Source: Chiloscyllium plagiosum (taxonomy: Eukaryota). From it: 64,000 nt of DNA. Position 1 is the stretch's first letter; the number at the start of each line of letters is the position of its first letter. The notes beneath the pieces are model-generated. The model was not told where the DNA came from and ran no database searches. It saw only the letters and a list, made by a program, of their open reading frames with translations. Made by a program: the position numbers and the translations under genes. Of this stretch, positions 49,128-62,126 are shown one piece after another. Where the stretch lies: contig NC_057720.1 of NCBI RefSeq assembly GCF_004010195.1, positions 5,971,273 to 6,035,272 of the forward strand. The letters run 5' to 3'.

Positions 49128-50163
49128 TTTTGCTTTAGTTTATTCATTGTCCTCATCTAAATCAGATGTATATATATTTTATAGTGTATACATTGAGTTG
49201 GATGATCAGCGATGATCATATTGAGTTGTGTAGCATGCTCGAAGGGCAGAATGGCCTACTCCTGTTCCTACTTTCCTAAGTTTCGATGGAAATCATTACA
49301 AAACTGAGTTGGTCCACTGGACGCATGTCACTCTGGTGTGTCACGGAGTGGGCATTATTGAACCGCGACTATTGTTACACGTTATTCTTTTTTTTAACCC
49401 CCTTGATCTGAGACTCCTATATCAGCCTTGACCGAAGATTGGTTCATTCTCCCAAAACGTGCTGTGCTTCACATTATGGGCACATAGTGAACACATCAAT
49501 TCACATCATGAAGAAAAAGGAGGCACCATTTTAGTCGGAAAATGATAGAGTGAATCAATGAACAAATAAGGTTTAAATTATGGAGGAAATGTCCCCCTAG
49601 TGCAATGTCAATGTGAAGAATTAAAAGGTAGCTACAAATTAAAACTTTAACAAGCCTATGAATTAAACAATTACAGTGTTCCTATTTTAAAATTAATATA
49701 CTACAGCAATTGTCCAGCTAATATTAAATCCTTAATGTGTTTTTATAATTTTAGTTGCAATAATAGTTCTTTAGTAACATTCTAAATATCTAAAATGTGA
49801 TTGCGTATTACTGACAAAGTGACAATTAGATAGGAATAATTAAGAAGTGATTTACTATCTCAAAGTTAGCGTTTGTGAGCATTAGCCCAGTAAATTGTCT
49901 ATTACCTTTTATAAATGTAAGTTCTGAAAACAATTATACTTACTTTGATAAGTCATTTACATATTGATTTAATATTCACATTCTGTGAACAAAATGAGTA
50001 ATTATTTTGTTAACATCTTGCAACTTCAGTTTTATAATGGCTAACAAGCCACTTTCATCAACAGTTTTTCAAATTCAGCCTAAATGAAAGGAAAGGGATA
50101 CATGCAGGAACTCTTGAATGTAGGTGTAAGCAAGGCATCGGGTTTTTAACCCATGTCTACTGA

Positions 50164-50308
50164 TGATGTGGAGGTGCCGGTATTGGACTAGGGTGGACAA
50201 AGTCAGAAGTCACACACAACACCGGATTATAGTCCAATAGGTTTGTTTGGAAATCGCAAGCTGTCGGAGCGCTGCTGCACTATAACCTGGTGTCGTCTGA
50301 CTTCTGAT
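50164..50308. mobile_element. Family-C inverted PLE mini-element
   Basis: TSD CATGTCTA(C/T)TGA at 50152-50163 and 50309-50320. Confidence 0.78.
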
Positions 50309-50657
50309 CATGTCTATTGAGTGCATGTTTAGGAGACCCTCCAAACACCTACTCAAAGAGCAGCTGGGAGGGACAGAGGGTTGAGGAGGTTGAAGTCCTG
50401 AGTTTTATCCAAAGACCTAATTCCATCCTACTGTGAGCTGTGGGGGGAGCAGAGTCCTTGTGTATATTTAAGGCTGAGGTAGATAGATTTTTGATCAGTT
50501 GGAGAATCAAGGGTTGGGGAAAATGGACATGAGGAATTTTAGATGAACCATGATCTTATTGAATAGTAGAGGGGCCGAATGACCTCATCCAGCTCCTACG
50601 TCTTTCTCGCTGACCTCACAGAAATGGTGCATGGATTTTTAAGAAATATCTGATATA

Positions 50658-51305
50658 TAGGTACTTCTGGTATAACACGATGGTTACATTCCTGTGTGAC
50701 CTCACACTATAGGAAATCGCGCTGTAGAGGATCACTATAGAAAATCACGCTATAGAAGATCACTATAAAAAATCGAGCTATAGAAGATGACTATAGAAAA
50801 TCACGGTCTAGAAGATCACTATAGGAAATCGCGCCGTAGAAGATCACTATGGGAAATCGCGCTGTAGAAGATGACTATGGGAAATCGAGCTATAGAAGAT
50901 GACTATAGAAAATCACGGTCTAGAAGATCACTATAGGAAATCGCGCTGTAGAAGATCACTATGGGAAATCGAGCTATAGAAGATGACTATAGAAAATCAC
51001 GGTCTAGAAGATCACTATGGGAAATCGCGCTGTAGAAGATCACTATAGGAAATCGCGCTGTAGAAGATCACTATGGGAAATCGCGCTGTAGAAGATCACT
51101 ATGGGAAATCGCGCTGTAGAGGACCACTATGGGAAATCGCGCTGTAGAAGATCACTATGGGAAATCGCGCTGTAGAAGATCACGATAGAGAATTGCTATC
51201 CCTGTACAGCAAGAAGATTGTGCTATCCGAACAGTGTCCACTATTTGTCAATGACATTGTGGCCAATTTGCGTTGATGAAACAGGCATTAAACCGGAAAT
51301 ATCTG
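50658..51305. mobile_element. Tc1/mariner (Tigger/pogo-like) MITE
   Basis: TA on both flanks; imperfect TIRs TAGGTACTTCTGGTATAACAC vs reverse complement CAGATATTTCCGGTTTAATGC. Confidence 0.6.
50703..51190. repeat. 28-bp minisatellite, about 17 units (CACTATGGGAAATCGCGCTGTAGAAGAT)
   Basis: Units start at 51013 and 51041; a variant block recurs at 50775, 50887, 50971. Confidence 0.96.
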
Positions 51306-51577
51306 TATTCTTTCATGGAGTGTGAGCACTGCTGTCAAGGTTAGTTTTTGCTGCCCAAGCCCTAGGTATCTTGAAAAGGAGGTGATGTACTGAATTCTTA
51401 AAATCCTGTATTCCTTGGGCCACTCACTGCTGTTAGGGGTGGAATTCCAGGATTTTGACCCAACGACACTGAAAGAGTAGCGATGTACATCCACAACATG
51501 TGGCTTAGAAGCCAACTTGTCCCCGTGCTGCATGGAAGAAAAGGAGGTGACTATTCATGGGGTGCCCTTTGCTGAGG

Positions 51578-51679
51578 AGAAAGGGAGGACTGCAGATGCT
51601 GCAGATCAGAGTCGAAAAGTGTGTTGAAGAGCTTATGCCCGAAACGTTGATTCTCCTGCTCCTCGGATGCTGCCTGACC
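51578..51679. mobile_element. Family-A mini-insertion with internal inversion
   Basis: TSD TGCCCTTTGCTGAGG at 51563-51577 and 51680-51694. Confidence 0.85.
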
Positions 51680-51814
51680 TGCCCTTTGCTGAGGCCAGGC
51701 TCAGTGAAACCATTGATGTTAGTGTGCTCACACCTAAACCTCCTTTACGCATTCCAGCTCCATGTCATCCACAACCTCTTTCACTTCTTGATTTCCTGTA
51801 AGAATGGCCTAGTT

Positions 51815-52160
51815 ATTTTTTTAATTCACTCATGGGATGAGGCATCGCTGGCTGGGTCAGCATTCATTGCCCATCCCTAATTGCCCAGAGTTAACCACAT
51901 TGCTGTGGGTCTAGAGCCACTTGTAGACCAGACCAGGTTAGAATGACAGATTTCCTTCCCTAATGGACAGTAGTGAACCAAACGGGTTTTTCCGACAACT
52001 GAATGCCTCAGCATTCGTCTCTTTAATTCCAGATTTTTTCCTTAACTGAATTCAAATTCCACCACCTGCCGTAGTGGGATTCAAAGCTGGGTCCCCAGAA
52101 CATTACCTGGGTCTCTGGATTAACAGTCTAGCATTGACACCACTAGACCATCGCCTCCCC
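51815..52160 (-). mobile_element. SINE family B, near full length with tRNA-like head
   Basis: Minus strand GGGGAGGCGATGGTCTAGTGG...TTTGAATCCC; shared 3' tail. Confidence 0.8.
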
Positions 52161-53153
52161 TGTAGAGTACTGCTGTAGGAGAGCTGTCACCATCTGAACT
52201 TCCCTCTTTGAAAGACCATCTGTGCCTGACTGAGGAATCGGGCATTGGGAGGTTGGGGTGGAAGGAGCTCATTGAGAACTAGCCGTCCTTAATCTTCACC
52301 CCTGGAGACCCTGCAAACATCCCCACCCCTCCCCACCTTGTGCACCACAACCTGCTCTCCTGGGTCTGGATCCTCCCACAATCCTGAGCTGTCAGCAATA
52401 ACAATGGGAGAGCTGCTGGCCTTCATTTGGCTGGTGCCAGGTAGACCATCAGCACCGGTATCCTCGATCCCAGTCCCAGGGGAAACTTCCCACCCCCCCC
52501 TCTCAAACATCGTGATTTTGTGGCTTTCCCTAAAAAAGTTAAGACATGATTCTTGCCCCTTCTCCAAGTGGCAGGTGAGACTATTCCATACAGCCCAGTG
52601 TACTTGCCCTGCACAATTCCGGCCACTGTTCGCCCTATAATCATGCGGACCCGCATTAACATGGCATCCAGTGTGATTCCTCCAGAAATGTACTCAATGT
52701 TGACACCACTTCCTTCAGAATTACATCTGTGGTGACAAAACAACGGACCAGAATATGCACAGGTTGAACGAACCAATCTTTATGGATCTGTTATTGTGCA
52801 ATTTCCTTAGAGTTATCTGGAGTCAATATTTAACAGGTCAGTCACCTCCTGGTGTGGTTTGATTGGGAGATTCACTTTGCTACAGTACTGCTAAAGCTGA
52901 GAGGTTCCTTAGCGACGGCAGCATCAGTGATGTCATCGTGGCTTTGTTGGGCCCAGAGCTCGCAGTTGAACCCAACATGGGATGAGCGAGTAGTGAGAGA
53001 GGTCCCTTGGTATCTACAATGATGTCAACGTGATCAGGCAGCTGAGATCCCCCTGAGTGCGGGCTAAGTGGAGGCGATTGAAGCCCTACTCTGGCTAGGC
53101 ATTCAATAAAGCCTGTCACACTTTTAACTGTATTTCTTTATTCTCCTAGTTTA

Positions 53154-53375
53154 AGGATGAAGGTTTGCTCACTGAGCTGGAAGGTTCATTTTCAGACGTT
53201 TCATCACCATATGAGGTAACATCTTCAGTGAGCCTCTGGATGAAGCTTTGTCCGGAAGCTCATTGAAGACGTTACCTAGTAGGGTGACGAAAAGTCTGAA
53301 AATGAAACTTCCAGCTCAGCGAGCAAACTTGCACCCAGAACCTCAACCTGAGCTACAAATCTTCTCAAAACTCTT
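53154..53375. mobile_element. Family-B1 hairpin mini-element with two opposed hammerhead motifs and a 3' tail
   Basis: CTAGTTTA at 53146-53153 and 53376-53383; minus strand TCA-CTGAAGA-T-GTTACC-TCATAT-GGTGAT-GAAA-CG-TC^TGA. Confidence 0.85.
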
Positions 53376-54149
53376 CTAGTTTATAATAAGAAGGACGTTA
53401 ATGTTAACTCTTACTTTATTTCCATTTTTCACTTATCCTATGGTAATACTTAACTTTTAACTTTGATTCTGTCTTTTGCTCCATTGTACCTAAGTTCTTG
53501 TACCTAGGTATGTTTGTACCTAATATAGTGCCATGTGTACACTTTATGCACTTATACACCTTTCACTGCATTCCTGTACTTCTGTGCTTGAGTACATATA
53601 ACAATAAAATCTAAATCTAAATCCAGTTTGTCCTTCAGTGAGAGAAGGCTGGTACAGTGGTAATGTTACTGGTTAATAATGCAGGTCCTGGAAAAATAAG
53701 TAGACCAGGAAGAGTAGAGGAACGGAGCATTGGTGAAATGCAGAAAGGTTGCAGAGTACTGCACTCAGGATATACAGGGTCAACAGGCTCCTGAAGGGTG
53801 ATACCAACAATTCCAGAGCACCCTGAGTGTCCGGGCTGTGGGTAAGACAAGCAAGGGAGCTGAAAGAAAGTGACTGGGGTCAAACAGTTAACTCTGCTTT
53901 CTCTCTCTCTCCACAGATGCTGCCAGATCTGTTGAGTTTCTCCAGCAATTTCTGTTTTAGTTTCAGACTGGATGCACATTTGATGACTGGATACACAGCG
54001 TTAGAGGGCTCCTTCTGTGCTGTAGAATCTCCGTGACTCTCAGAGTGGAGAGGTGGGGGAGTTTTATAAGAGAGGGAAGCCGCAACACCAGTTCCCAAAT
54101 TCCTCAGTCAAGCTAGTATCAGATGAGGCACCACAAAGCACTGTATCAC

Positions 54150-54810
54150 ATAGAGTCATAGATCCATACAGCATGGAAACAGACCCTTCGGTCCAACTCA
54201 TCCTTGCCAACCAGGGTTCTCAAACTAAACTAATCTCATTTGCCTGCACATGGCCCATATCCCTCTAATCCTCCCCTCAAGGCATTGTGGGTCAACCCAC
54301 AGACGGTGGACTGCAGTGGTTCGAGAAAGCAGCTCACCACCACCTTCTCAAGGGCAATGAAATGCTGACCAGCCAGCAATGCCTACATCCCACAAAATGA
54401 ATTAAAAAAACTTTCCTATCCATGTACCTGCCCAAATTCCTTTTAATTGTTGTAATTGTGTCAGCATCTGCCATTCCCTCTGGAAGTTCATTCCATACAC
54501 GCATCACCCTCTGCATGGAAACATTGCAATCCCTTTTAAGTCTTTCCCCTCTCAGCTTAAAACTATGCTCTCAGCTTTTGAATTCCCATACCTGAGAGAA
54601 AAGGCTTTTGCTATTCACCTTATCTAAGCCCCTCATGATTTTGTAAACCTCAATAAGGTCATCGCTCAATCTCCTACGCTCCAGGATAAAAATTGTTCCA
54701 GCCTCTCCCTATAACTCAAACCCGCCAGTCCTGGTAACATTCTTCGAAATCTTTTCTGCAGCCTTTCCAATTTAATAACATCCTTCGTAAAGTAGGGCAA
54801 GCAGAACTGT
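54150..54810 (-). mobile_element. CR1 3' portion, interrupted by a LINE tail; followed by a family-A insertion at 54822-54956
   Basis: QRVMRVWNELPE; CR1 3' UTR. Confidence 0.82.
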
Positions 54811-55965
54811 ATCTGTTTGATGGAGAAAGTGAGGACTGCAGATGCTAGAGATCAGTGTCGAAGAGTGTTGTGCTAGAAAAGCACAGCCGGTCAGGCAGTA
54901 TCCGAGGAGCAGGAGAGTCGACGTTTTGTGCTTTTTCAGCTCCACACACTTTGACTCTGTACCTGTATGGTCTCTGTCCTGTCCTGTGAAACTTGTGGTA
55001 TGTTGCTAATGGACAGTAGTAGATATGCAGGACAGAACAAATCAGCATCCACAACTTTTCTTGTAACATAGAAATACCTTCAAAGTATCACAGTTCTTGT
55101 AAAAAAATCTCCCCACAGCCGTATGTCAGAATATTTGGAAAGTATTCAGCCATTTAAACCTCACATTGCAAAAACTTATGCATTCTAACGTGGTCACTCT
55201 TGAGTAACTTGGAATATATTTTCTCATTAACTTTAAATAGGTCGAATCATTTCTGCGAGACAGAACCTTCATGAGCCTCCATACAGAAGCTGCCACAATA
55301 ATAATGATATTTCTGACAGATTGAAGATGTAATTTAAAGAATATCTTTGAAACAATTCTTCAAAAAAAGTACAGTTACGACGGGAATTATGACTAAATTG
55401 AAGCACTGTTGACAAGCTGCATAAACTCAAATTGCTTCAGCGGACTTTTTACGTTGTTGGATTATTCTGCTGGAGAATGGAACATTTTCTACATTGCTCC
55501 CAAATGTTACCATGGTATCAGTAAAATCTCAATTCCATTGCATATTAGAATTATTCATTCCATAAGTTGAAAACCACCTGGCATCTGAAATGGGAAGAAC
55601 ACATTACCAGCCTGGATAAGTTGAATTTTAATGCAATTTCTGTCAATTTGACTTTTTTTTTTGATCTGGATTATGACATTGCTGACTGGGCCAGCTTTTT
55701 ATTGCCCGCCTCTAATTGCTGTTGAGAAGGTGGTTGTGAGCTGCCTTCTTGAACTGCTGCAGAGATTTAACACAATGATGCTGAAGGAACAGTGACATAT
55801 TTCCAAGTCAGGATGGTGAATAACTTAGAGGGATCTTCCATGGGCTGGTGTTCGCATGTATCTGCTGCCCTTGATCCTTCTAGAAGGTAGAGGTCACCGG
55901 TTTAGACCCTGCTGCCATAGGAAGCGTGGTGAGTTGCTGCAGTGCATTTTTTCAGATGGTACACA

Positions 55966-57530
55966 CAATAGACAATAGACAATAGACAATAGGTGCAGGA
56001 GTAGGCCATTCTGCCCTTCGAGCCTGCACCACCATTCAATATGATCACTGCGGATCATCCTTAATCAGTATCCTGTTCCTGCCTTATCTCCATAACCCTT
56101 GATTCCACTATCTTTGAGAGCTCTATCCAACTCTTTCTTAAATGAATCCAGAGACTGGGCCTCCACTGCCTTCTGGGGCAGAGCATCCCACACACCCACC
56201 ACTCTCTGGGTGAAGAAGTTTCTCCTCATCTCTGTCCTAATTGCTCTACCCCATATTTTTAAACTGCGTCCTCTGGTTCGGCACTCACCCATCAGTGGAA
56301 ACATGTTTCCTGCCTCCAGAGTGTCCAATCCTTTAATAATCTTATATGTCTCAATCAGATCCCCTTTCAGTCTTCTAAACTCAAGGGTATACAAGCCCAG
56401 TCACTCCAGTCTTTCAGTGTAAGGTAATCCTGCCATTCCAGGAATTGACCTCGTGAACCTACGCTGCACTCCCTCAAAAGCCAGAATGTCTTTCCTCAAA
56501 TTTGGAGACCAGAACTGCACACAGTACTCCAGGTGTGGTCTCACCAGGGCCCTGTACAGCTGCAGAAGAACCTCTTTCCTTCTATTCTCAATCCCTCTCG
56601 TTATGAAGGCCAGCATGCTATTAGCCGCCTTCACTATCTGCTGTACCTGCATGCTTACCTTCATTGACTGGTGTACAAGAACACACAGATCTCTCTGTAC
56701 TGCCCCTTTACATAAATTGATTCCAGTGAGGTAGTAGTCTGCCTTTCTGTTCTTGCTACCAAAGTGGATAACCATACATTTATCCACATTAAACTCCATC
56801 TGCCATGCATCTGCCCACTCACCTAACTTGTCCAGGTCACCCTGTAATCTCCAAACATCCTCATCACATTTCACCCTGCCACCCAGCTTTGTATCATCAG
56901 CAAATTTGCTAATGTTATTGCTAATACCATCTTCCATATTATCAAAATATATTGTAAAAAGCTGCGGTCCCAGCACAGATCCCTGCGGTACCCCACTGGT
57001 CACTGCCTGCCATCCCAAAATGGAGCCGTTTATCACTACCCTTTGTTTCCTATCAGCCAACCAATTTTCAATCCAAGTTAGTACTTTGCCCCAATACCAT
57101 GCACCCTAATTTTACTCACTAACCTCCTGTATGGGACTTTATCAAAAGCTTTCTGAAAGTCCAGATACACTACATCTACTGGATCTCCCTCGTCAATCTT
57201 CAGNNNNNNNNNNNNNNNNNNNNNNNNNNNNNNNNNNNNNNNNNNNNNNNNNNNNNNNNNNNNNNNNNNNNNNNNNNNNNNNNNNNNNNNNNNNNNNNNA
57301 AATAATCACCAACGCATCCACAATTTCTCGAGCCACCTCCTTCAGTACCCTGGGATCTAGACCATTAGGCCCCGGGGACTTATCAACCTTCAGACCTAAC
57401 AGTCTCTCCAACACCAATTCCTGGCAAATATAAATTCCCTTCAGTTCAGGTCCTTCAGCCACTGTTACCTCAGGGAGATTGCTCGTGTCTTCCCCAGTGA
57501 ACACAAATCTGAAGTACCAATTCAAATCTG
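55966..57530 (-). mobile_element. Young CR1 LINE (RT domain to 3' tail), nested in an older L2/CR1-group LINE
   Basis: SGVPQGSVLGPQLF...SKFADDTKLG...LVRPHLEYCVQFWSP; (TCTATTG)n tail; gap at 57204-57299. Confidence 0.95.
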
Positions 57531-58446
57531 CTGCTACCAATGCATTATTAGTGGAGGAGGTGAACATTGAAGGTGGTGGTTAGGGTGCCAATCGAGCGGG
57601 CTGCTTCAGCTTGGATGGTGTAGAGGTTTGCTCTGCTCTCGCTCCCGCTCTGACCATGGCTCACTTCCGGGACATGGCCTCTCTGCCCATGACTTGTCTT
57701 CTGCACCGGGCCTGTCTCGAACTCCGTTCTCCGTTCCCTCCGGGTAGGCTACTTGAAGAAGTTAAAAGTTGGGGTTGGGGTAGGGGGGGGTGAAATAAAG
57801 CTGCAGCAAGAGGAAAGAAATGAAAGAAAGAGGGAAAGGATCTGGGGAGCAGAGGAACTCCATCTGGAGCATCTTACTGTGCCGTCATCTTAACCGAAAG
57901 TGTTATGCAAATGTTACTTGCTACTCATCAGCCATGTTTGAATATTGTTCAATACCCGAGGAGTTGCAGACCCTGCTGTCAATTGTGCAAACATCAGTGA
58001 ATACCTTCACTTCTGACCTTACAATTGAAGGATGGTCATTAATGAAGCTGCTGAAGACGCATAGGATGGTACCTTGAGGACCTCTTTCTAGATATCCTGG
58101 GATGATTGACTTCCACCAACTAAAACCATTTGCTTTTGAGCTAGCTATTGTGATATAATGGTGCAAATGTCTGAAGCAAAGATTGGCTCAAGCAGCACAC
58201 ACTGTGTTGTGTCATATGCACTTGAAGGATAAGCAGCTTAGGGACTGACAGAAGTGAATCCTTAGGATCCAGATCCTCCTCCTATTTTCTGTAACAATAT
58301 CAGTGTACCCTGTAACTAGCTGCTAACCCACATCTTCTTCTCCCATACTTGTTCCATCTTGTTCAAGTTACTGAGTAGTTTTCCTCTAGTACACTAGTGT
58401 TATTGGCAAAACTAGACTTTGCCCCTCCCCCCCCAATCCAAAGTAT

Positions 58447-59436
58447 TGTAACTTATTATATAAAAGCAAGTATAAAGGTGTTCCAGATGTGATTCAATTG
58501 GTCCACCATTAGGTTAAAATTGATTTAACTGGTCCACCGCTTGGCTCGAAGCAAAATGAACTTTATTTTTACAACATTGTTAAAATATAAACAAAAAGAA
58601 GAATTTGAATAACATTGACTTGATTGAAATACTTATTAAGATAATATACTATTTAATCACTAATCATCAACTGTTCCAACATAGGCAGCATTCCATTAAT
58701 GCATTCTTTGGCAAAAATGCAATTCAGCAAAACAGCTATGATTCATAGAATCCCTACAGTGCAGAAACAGGCCCTTCAGCCCAACAAGTCCACACTGACT
58801 CTCCGAAGAGTATCCCACCTGAACTCATTCCCCTACCCTGTTACTCCACTTTTACCCCTGACTAATGTACCTAGCCTACATGTCCCTGAACACTATGGGC
58901 AATTTAGCATGGCCAATCCACCCGAACCTGCACATCTTTGCATCGTGGGAAGAAACCCACGCAGACACGGGGAGAATGTGCAAACTCCACACAGACAGAC
59001 ATCTGAGGTTGGAATGGAACCTAGATCCCAGGTGCTGTGAGGCTGCTGTACTAACCACTGAGTCACCATGGCACCCCATTCACATATGCTGTCTCTCTCC
59101 AGCCCAGAAGAAATAATCTGCCCATTTTGACTTTGAAGAGTTCAATCTCGCAGCTATCTAAAAGTTCAATCTCGCAGCGAACTCAAGCTTTTAGCTTCAG
59201 CAGCCAGCAGAAACCTTCAACCAACTGAAAGGAAAGCTAAAAACCTTCCTGGATCAGTGTGAGTCCAGACCCTGCCCTCTGATCCTTCTTTGGTATCATG
59301 TGAAAAAGCAATTGGAGGGGGCTCTAAAAAGCTGTCTGCAGCAGACATTCTGTCACTCTCTGCAACAGAAACAGCACAGAACACAACACAGCTAAAGGCA
59401 CAGTCTAAGCAGACCCTGGAAATCTTGATGGTTACA
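58447..59436 (-). mobile_element. Possible solo LTR containing an HE1-like SINE (58742-59075)
   Basis: TGTAAC...GTTACA termini; flanks AAGTAT / AAGAAT; minus-strand AATAAA near 58562-58567. Confidence 0.55.
58742..59075 (-). mobile_element. HE1/V-SINE-like SINE, full length
   Basis: A and B boxes, body, CR1-like tail. Confidence 0.88.
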
Positions 59437-59577
59437 AAGAATGGTAGCAGCATGGGATTCACATGGTGAGATGAAAACGTGTTTGGCCTATAAATATGAC
59501 CTGGTGAGCAGCCGTGCTGATTACATCTAGCTACAAATTCAAGCGGTGAGTTTCTCTGTTTGTTGAGCACAAATCTA

Positions 59578-59872
59578 GGAGATGATGGCCTAATGGCTCT
59601 GGGAACACAGGCTTAAATCCTGCCCCAGCAGATGGTGAAATTCGAGTCTGTATTCCCTGAAACTATACCAATTGTTGGAAACAAAATCATCTGGTTCACT
59701 CATGCCCTTTAGGGAAGGAAATCTGCAGTCCTTACCTGGCCTGGCCTCCATGTGACACTAGACCCATAGCAATGTGGTTGACGTTTAACTGCCCTCTGAG
59801 CAATTAGGGATGGGCAATAAATGCTGAACTAGCCATTGACGCTCTCATCTCGAGAATGAATTTTTAAAAAAA
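59578..59872 (+). mobile_element. SINE family B
   Basis: Matches 51815-52160. Confidence 0.78.
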
Positions 59873-60300
59873 TCACACCAAGCTGAGTAAACTCAACATA
59901 GGCTCTGTTTAATTGAAGTGATATTTCAGCATGGCTCAACAGATAGACTCCCTGTTAATGTTCAGCAACTCTTGTTCCAGGAAAGGGCCCCAACTTTCTT
60001 ACAACATGCTGCGAACTGAACTGCTGGTCACAAACGTAGGAACTAAAAAAATTAGAAGCAGGAATAGATCACTTGGCCTGATGAGTCTCTCTGGTATTCA
60101 ACAAGATCATGACTGATCTGAATATTCCACATTCCTGCCTCCCCCTGATAAACTTTCACCCCCACCCGGCCTATCAAGAATCTTGGTACTTCTGCTTTAA
60201 AAATATTCACGCACTCGGCTTCCACTGGCTTTTGAAGAGTTTTAAAGATTCTTAACCCTCTGAGAAAATAATACCCTACGTCTCTGCCTTAAATGGATGG

Positions 60301-60519
60301 TAAAGATAAAGTCACCATAGCTGCTCTCTCATTAGAGAGAGAAAGAGACACACACACAACCGGTGGTGGTTTAACTTGTGGGTCACTATGTCTCAGGCAA
60401 GGAGAGAGGTTGAGAAAGAGAGTCCTTCATAATAACCTCAGCCAGAGTGGGAATTGAACCCATGCTGTTGGCCTTACTCAAGAGTGCAAATTAGCCATCC
60501 AGCCAACTAAGTTAACCAA
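60301..60519 (-). mobile_element. Third tRNA-derived SINE type inserted in a CR1 3' remnant
   Basis: Minus strand TGGTTAACTTAGTTGG...GGGTTCAATTCC. Confidence 0.6.
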
Positions 60520-61067
60520 TGGCTTCCTTATTTTTCCAAAGTCTCCCATGAGAGGAAACATCTTTTCCGCATCCACCCGCTCAACACCCCTCAGGGTTTC
60601 TCACGTTTTACTACCCAGTTGCTTGTCATTGCATACTCTTGTTTAAAGCGATACCAGACACCAGCCAGTGGACAATTTCTCTCTGAAACCTACTGACCCT
60701 CAAATACAGCCTTATATCAAGAATAGTCACTCTCATCTCACCTCTTGTGACCTTCCTTTTGCCCATGTTTAGATGAAAGCTGAACTAAGAAGCTTTTACA
60801 AATTTTATTAATAATGTTATTTGGGTGAATAAACTGAATCTTCTTTTAATCAAACAATGGCTTAAACTTGGCCAGTGCCTTGATGTTTGTTTCTTAGAAA
60901 GCACAAGAGGACTAATATGACGACACAGATGAAACAGGTTTTAGCTCAATAACCACAGGTTTGATTGTTGGCCATTCATCTCACTCCTGCTCACCCCTCG
61001 GAGGCGAAATGATCTGCTGAGTGTTGCCAGAAGTTTCTAGATTTTTTAGAATTGGGAATTGAGGAGT

Positions 61068-61222
61068 TTAGATTAGATTACTTACAGTGTGGAAACAGGC
61101 CCTTCGGCCCAACAAGTCCACACCGACCCGCCGAAGCGCAACCCACCCATACCCCTACATTTATCCCTTTAACCTAACACTACGGGCAATTTAGCATGGC
61201 CAATTCACCTGACCCGCACATT
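61068..61222 (-). mobile_element. 5'-truncated HE1-like SINE, CpG-rich (young)
   Basis: Tail GGGCCGAAGGGCCTGTTTCCACACTGTAAGTAATCTAATCTAA. Confidence 0.8.
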
Positions 61223-62126
61223 GTCCACCGTGCCTGGACAATGAACCACCTTGTTCCCCACTACCCTCCCCCCTCAACCACCTCACCCAAACTTTCATCT
61301 GAACATTTCATGATGTGGCATGAGCAAAATGTAGGTGATGATCTGTCGGAGAGACAGAAGCTAAATCAGACATAGGCATCCGGTAACTATATATTATGAT
61401 GGAATGTGCAATTACTGGCATTAGAATGGAAGAATTTTAAGGTGTGAAGTAATTCAATTCTCGAGAGCTACATCACTGCAATTAGTTAACCCATTCTGGA
61501 GCTGCAGTGATAAGTATAGTATTTAACTGAATCATACTTCACAGAAAGATTTGGTGCCAAAAAACCTGCCTGATTTTCAATTTGTTGTGGTTTCCAATTA
61601 ACATTCAAATCTGTGCAAAAATGCCAAATCCTCTATTGTCAGCATATGTTAACTATTGGAACTAGTTCCCCACCAAGCCATGCACCATCCTGACTTGGAA
61701 TCAAATCGCCATTCCTTCTTTGTCATTGGGTCAAAGTTCCCTCCTGAACTCCACTGTGAAGGCATGAACTTGGAGCAGGAGCAGGCCATTCAGCCCTTCA
61801 AGCCTTCTCCGTCATTTGATATGATCGTGTTCATCTCATCTTGGCCTCAAGTCCATTTTCCTGCCTGTTCCCCCAAAACCCTTTCATTACAAAATCTGAC
61901 CATCTCCTCCTTCAATTTTTTCATTGTCTGGCGTCCAGCATGCACTGGGGTAATTGCATGGATTCACCAACTTTTCAGAGACAAAATTCTTTCTTATCTC
62001 TGTTTTAAGCCTGCCACATCTTACTGCCCACAAGGGAAAACATCTGTGCCAATTTGTCAATCCCCTCTAACATCTTATAGACATCAATTAGATTTCCTCC
62101 TGTCCATTTAAACTCTAGAAAGTATA

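Noticed and set aside
50703..51190. CRISPR-like array (28-bp repeats)
   Set aside because: Units are contiguous with no unique spacers; eukaryotic context; no cas genes
56065..57567. Functional reverse transcriptase gene
   Set aside because: 5'-truncated CR1 copy with stops, frameshifts and a gap
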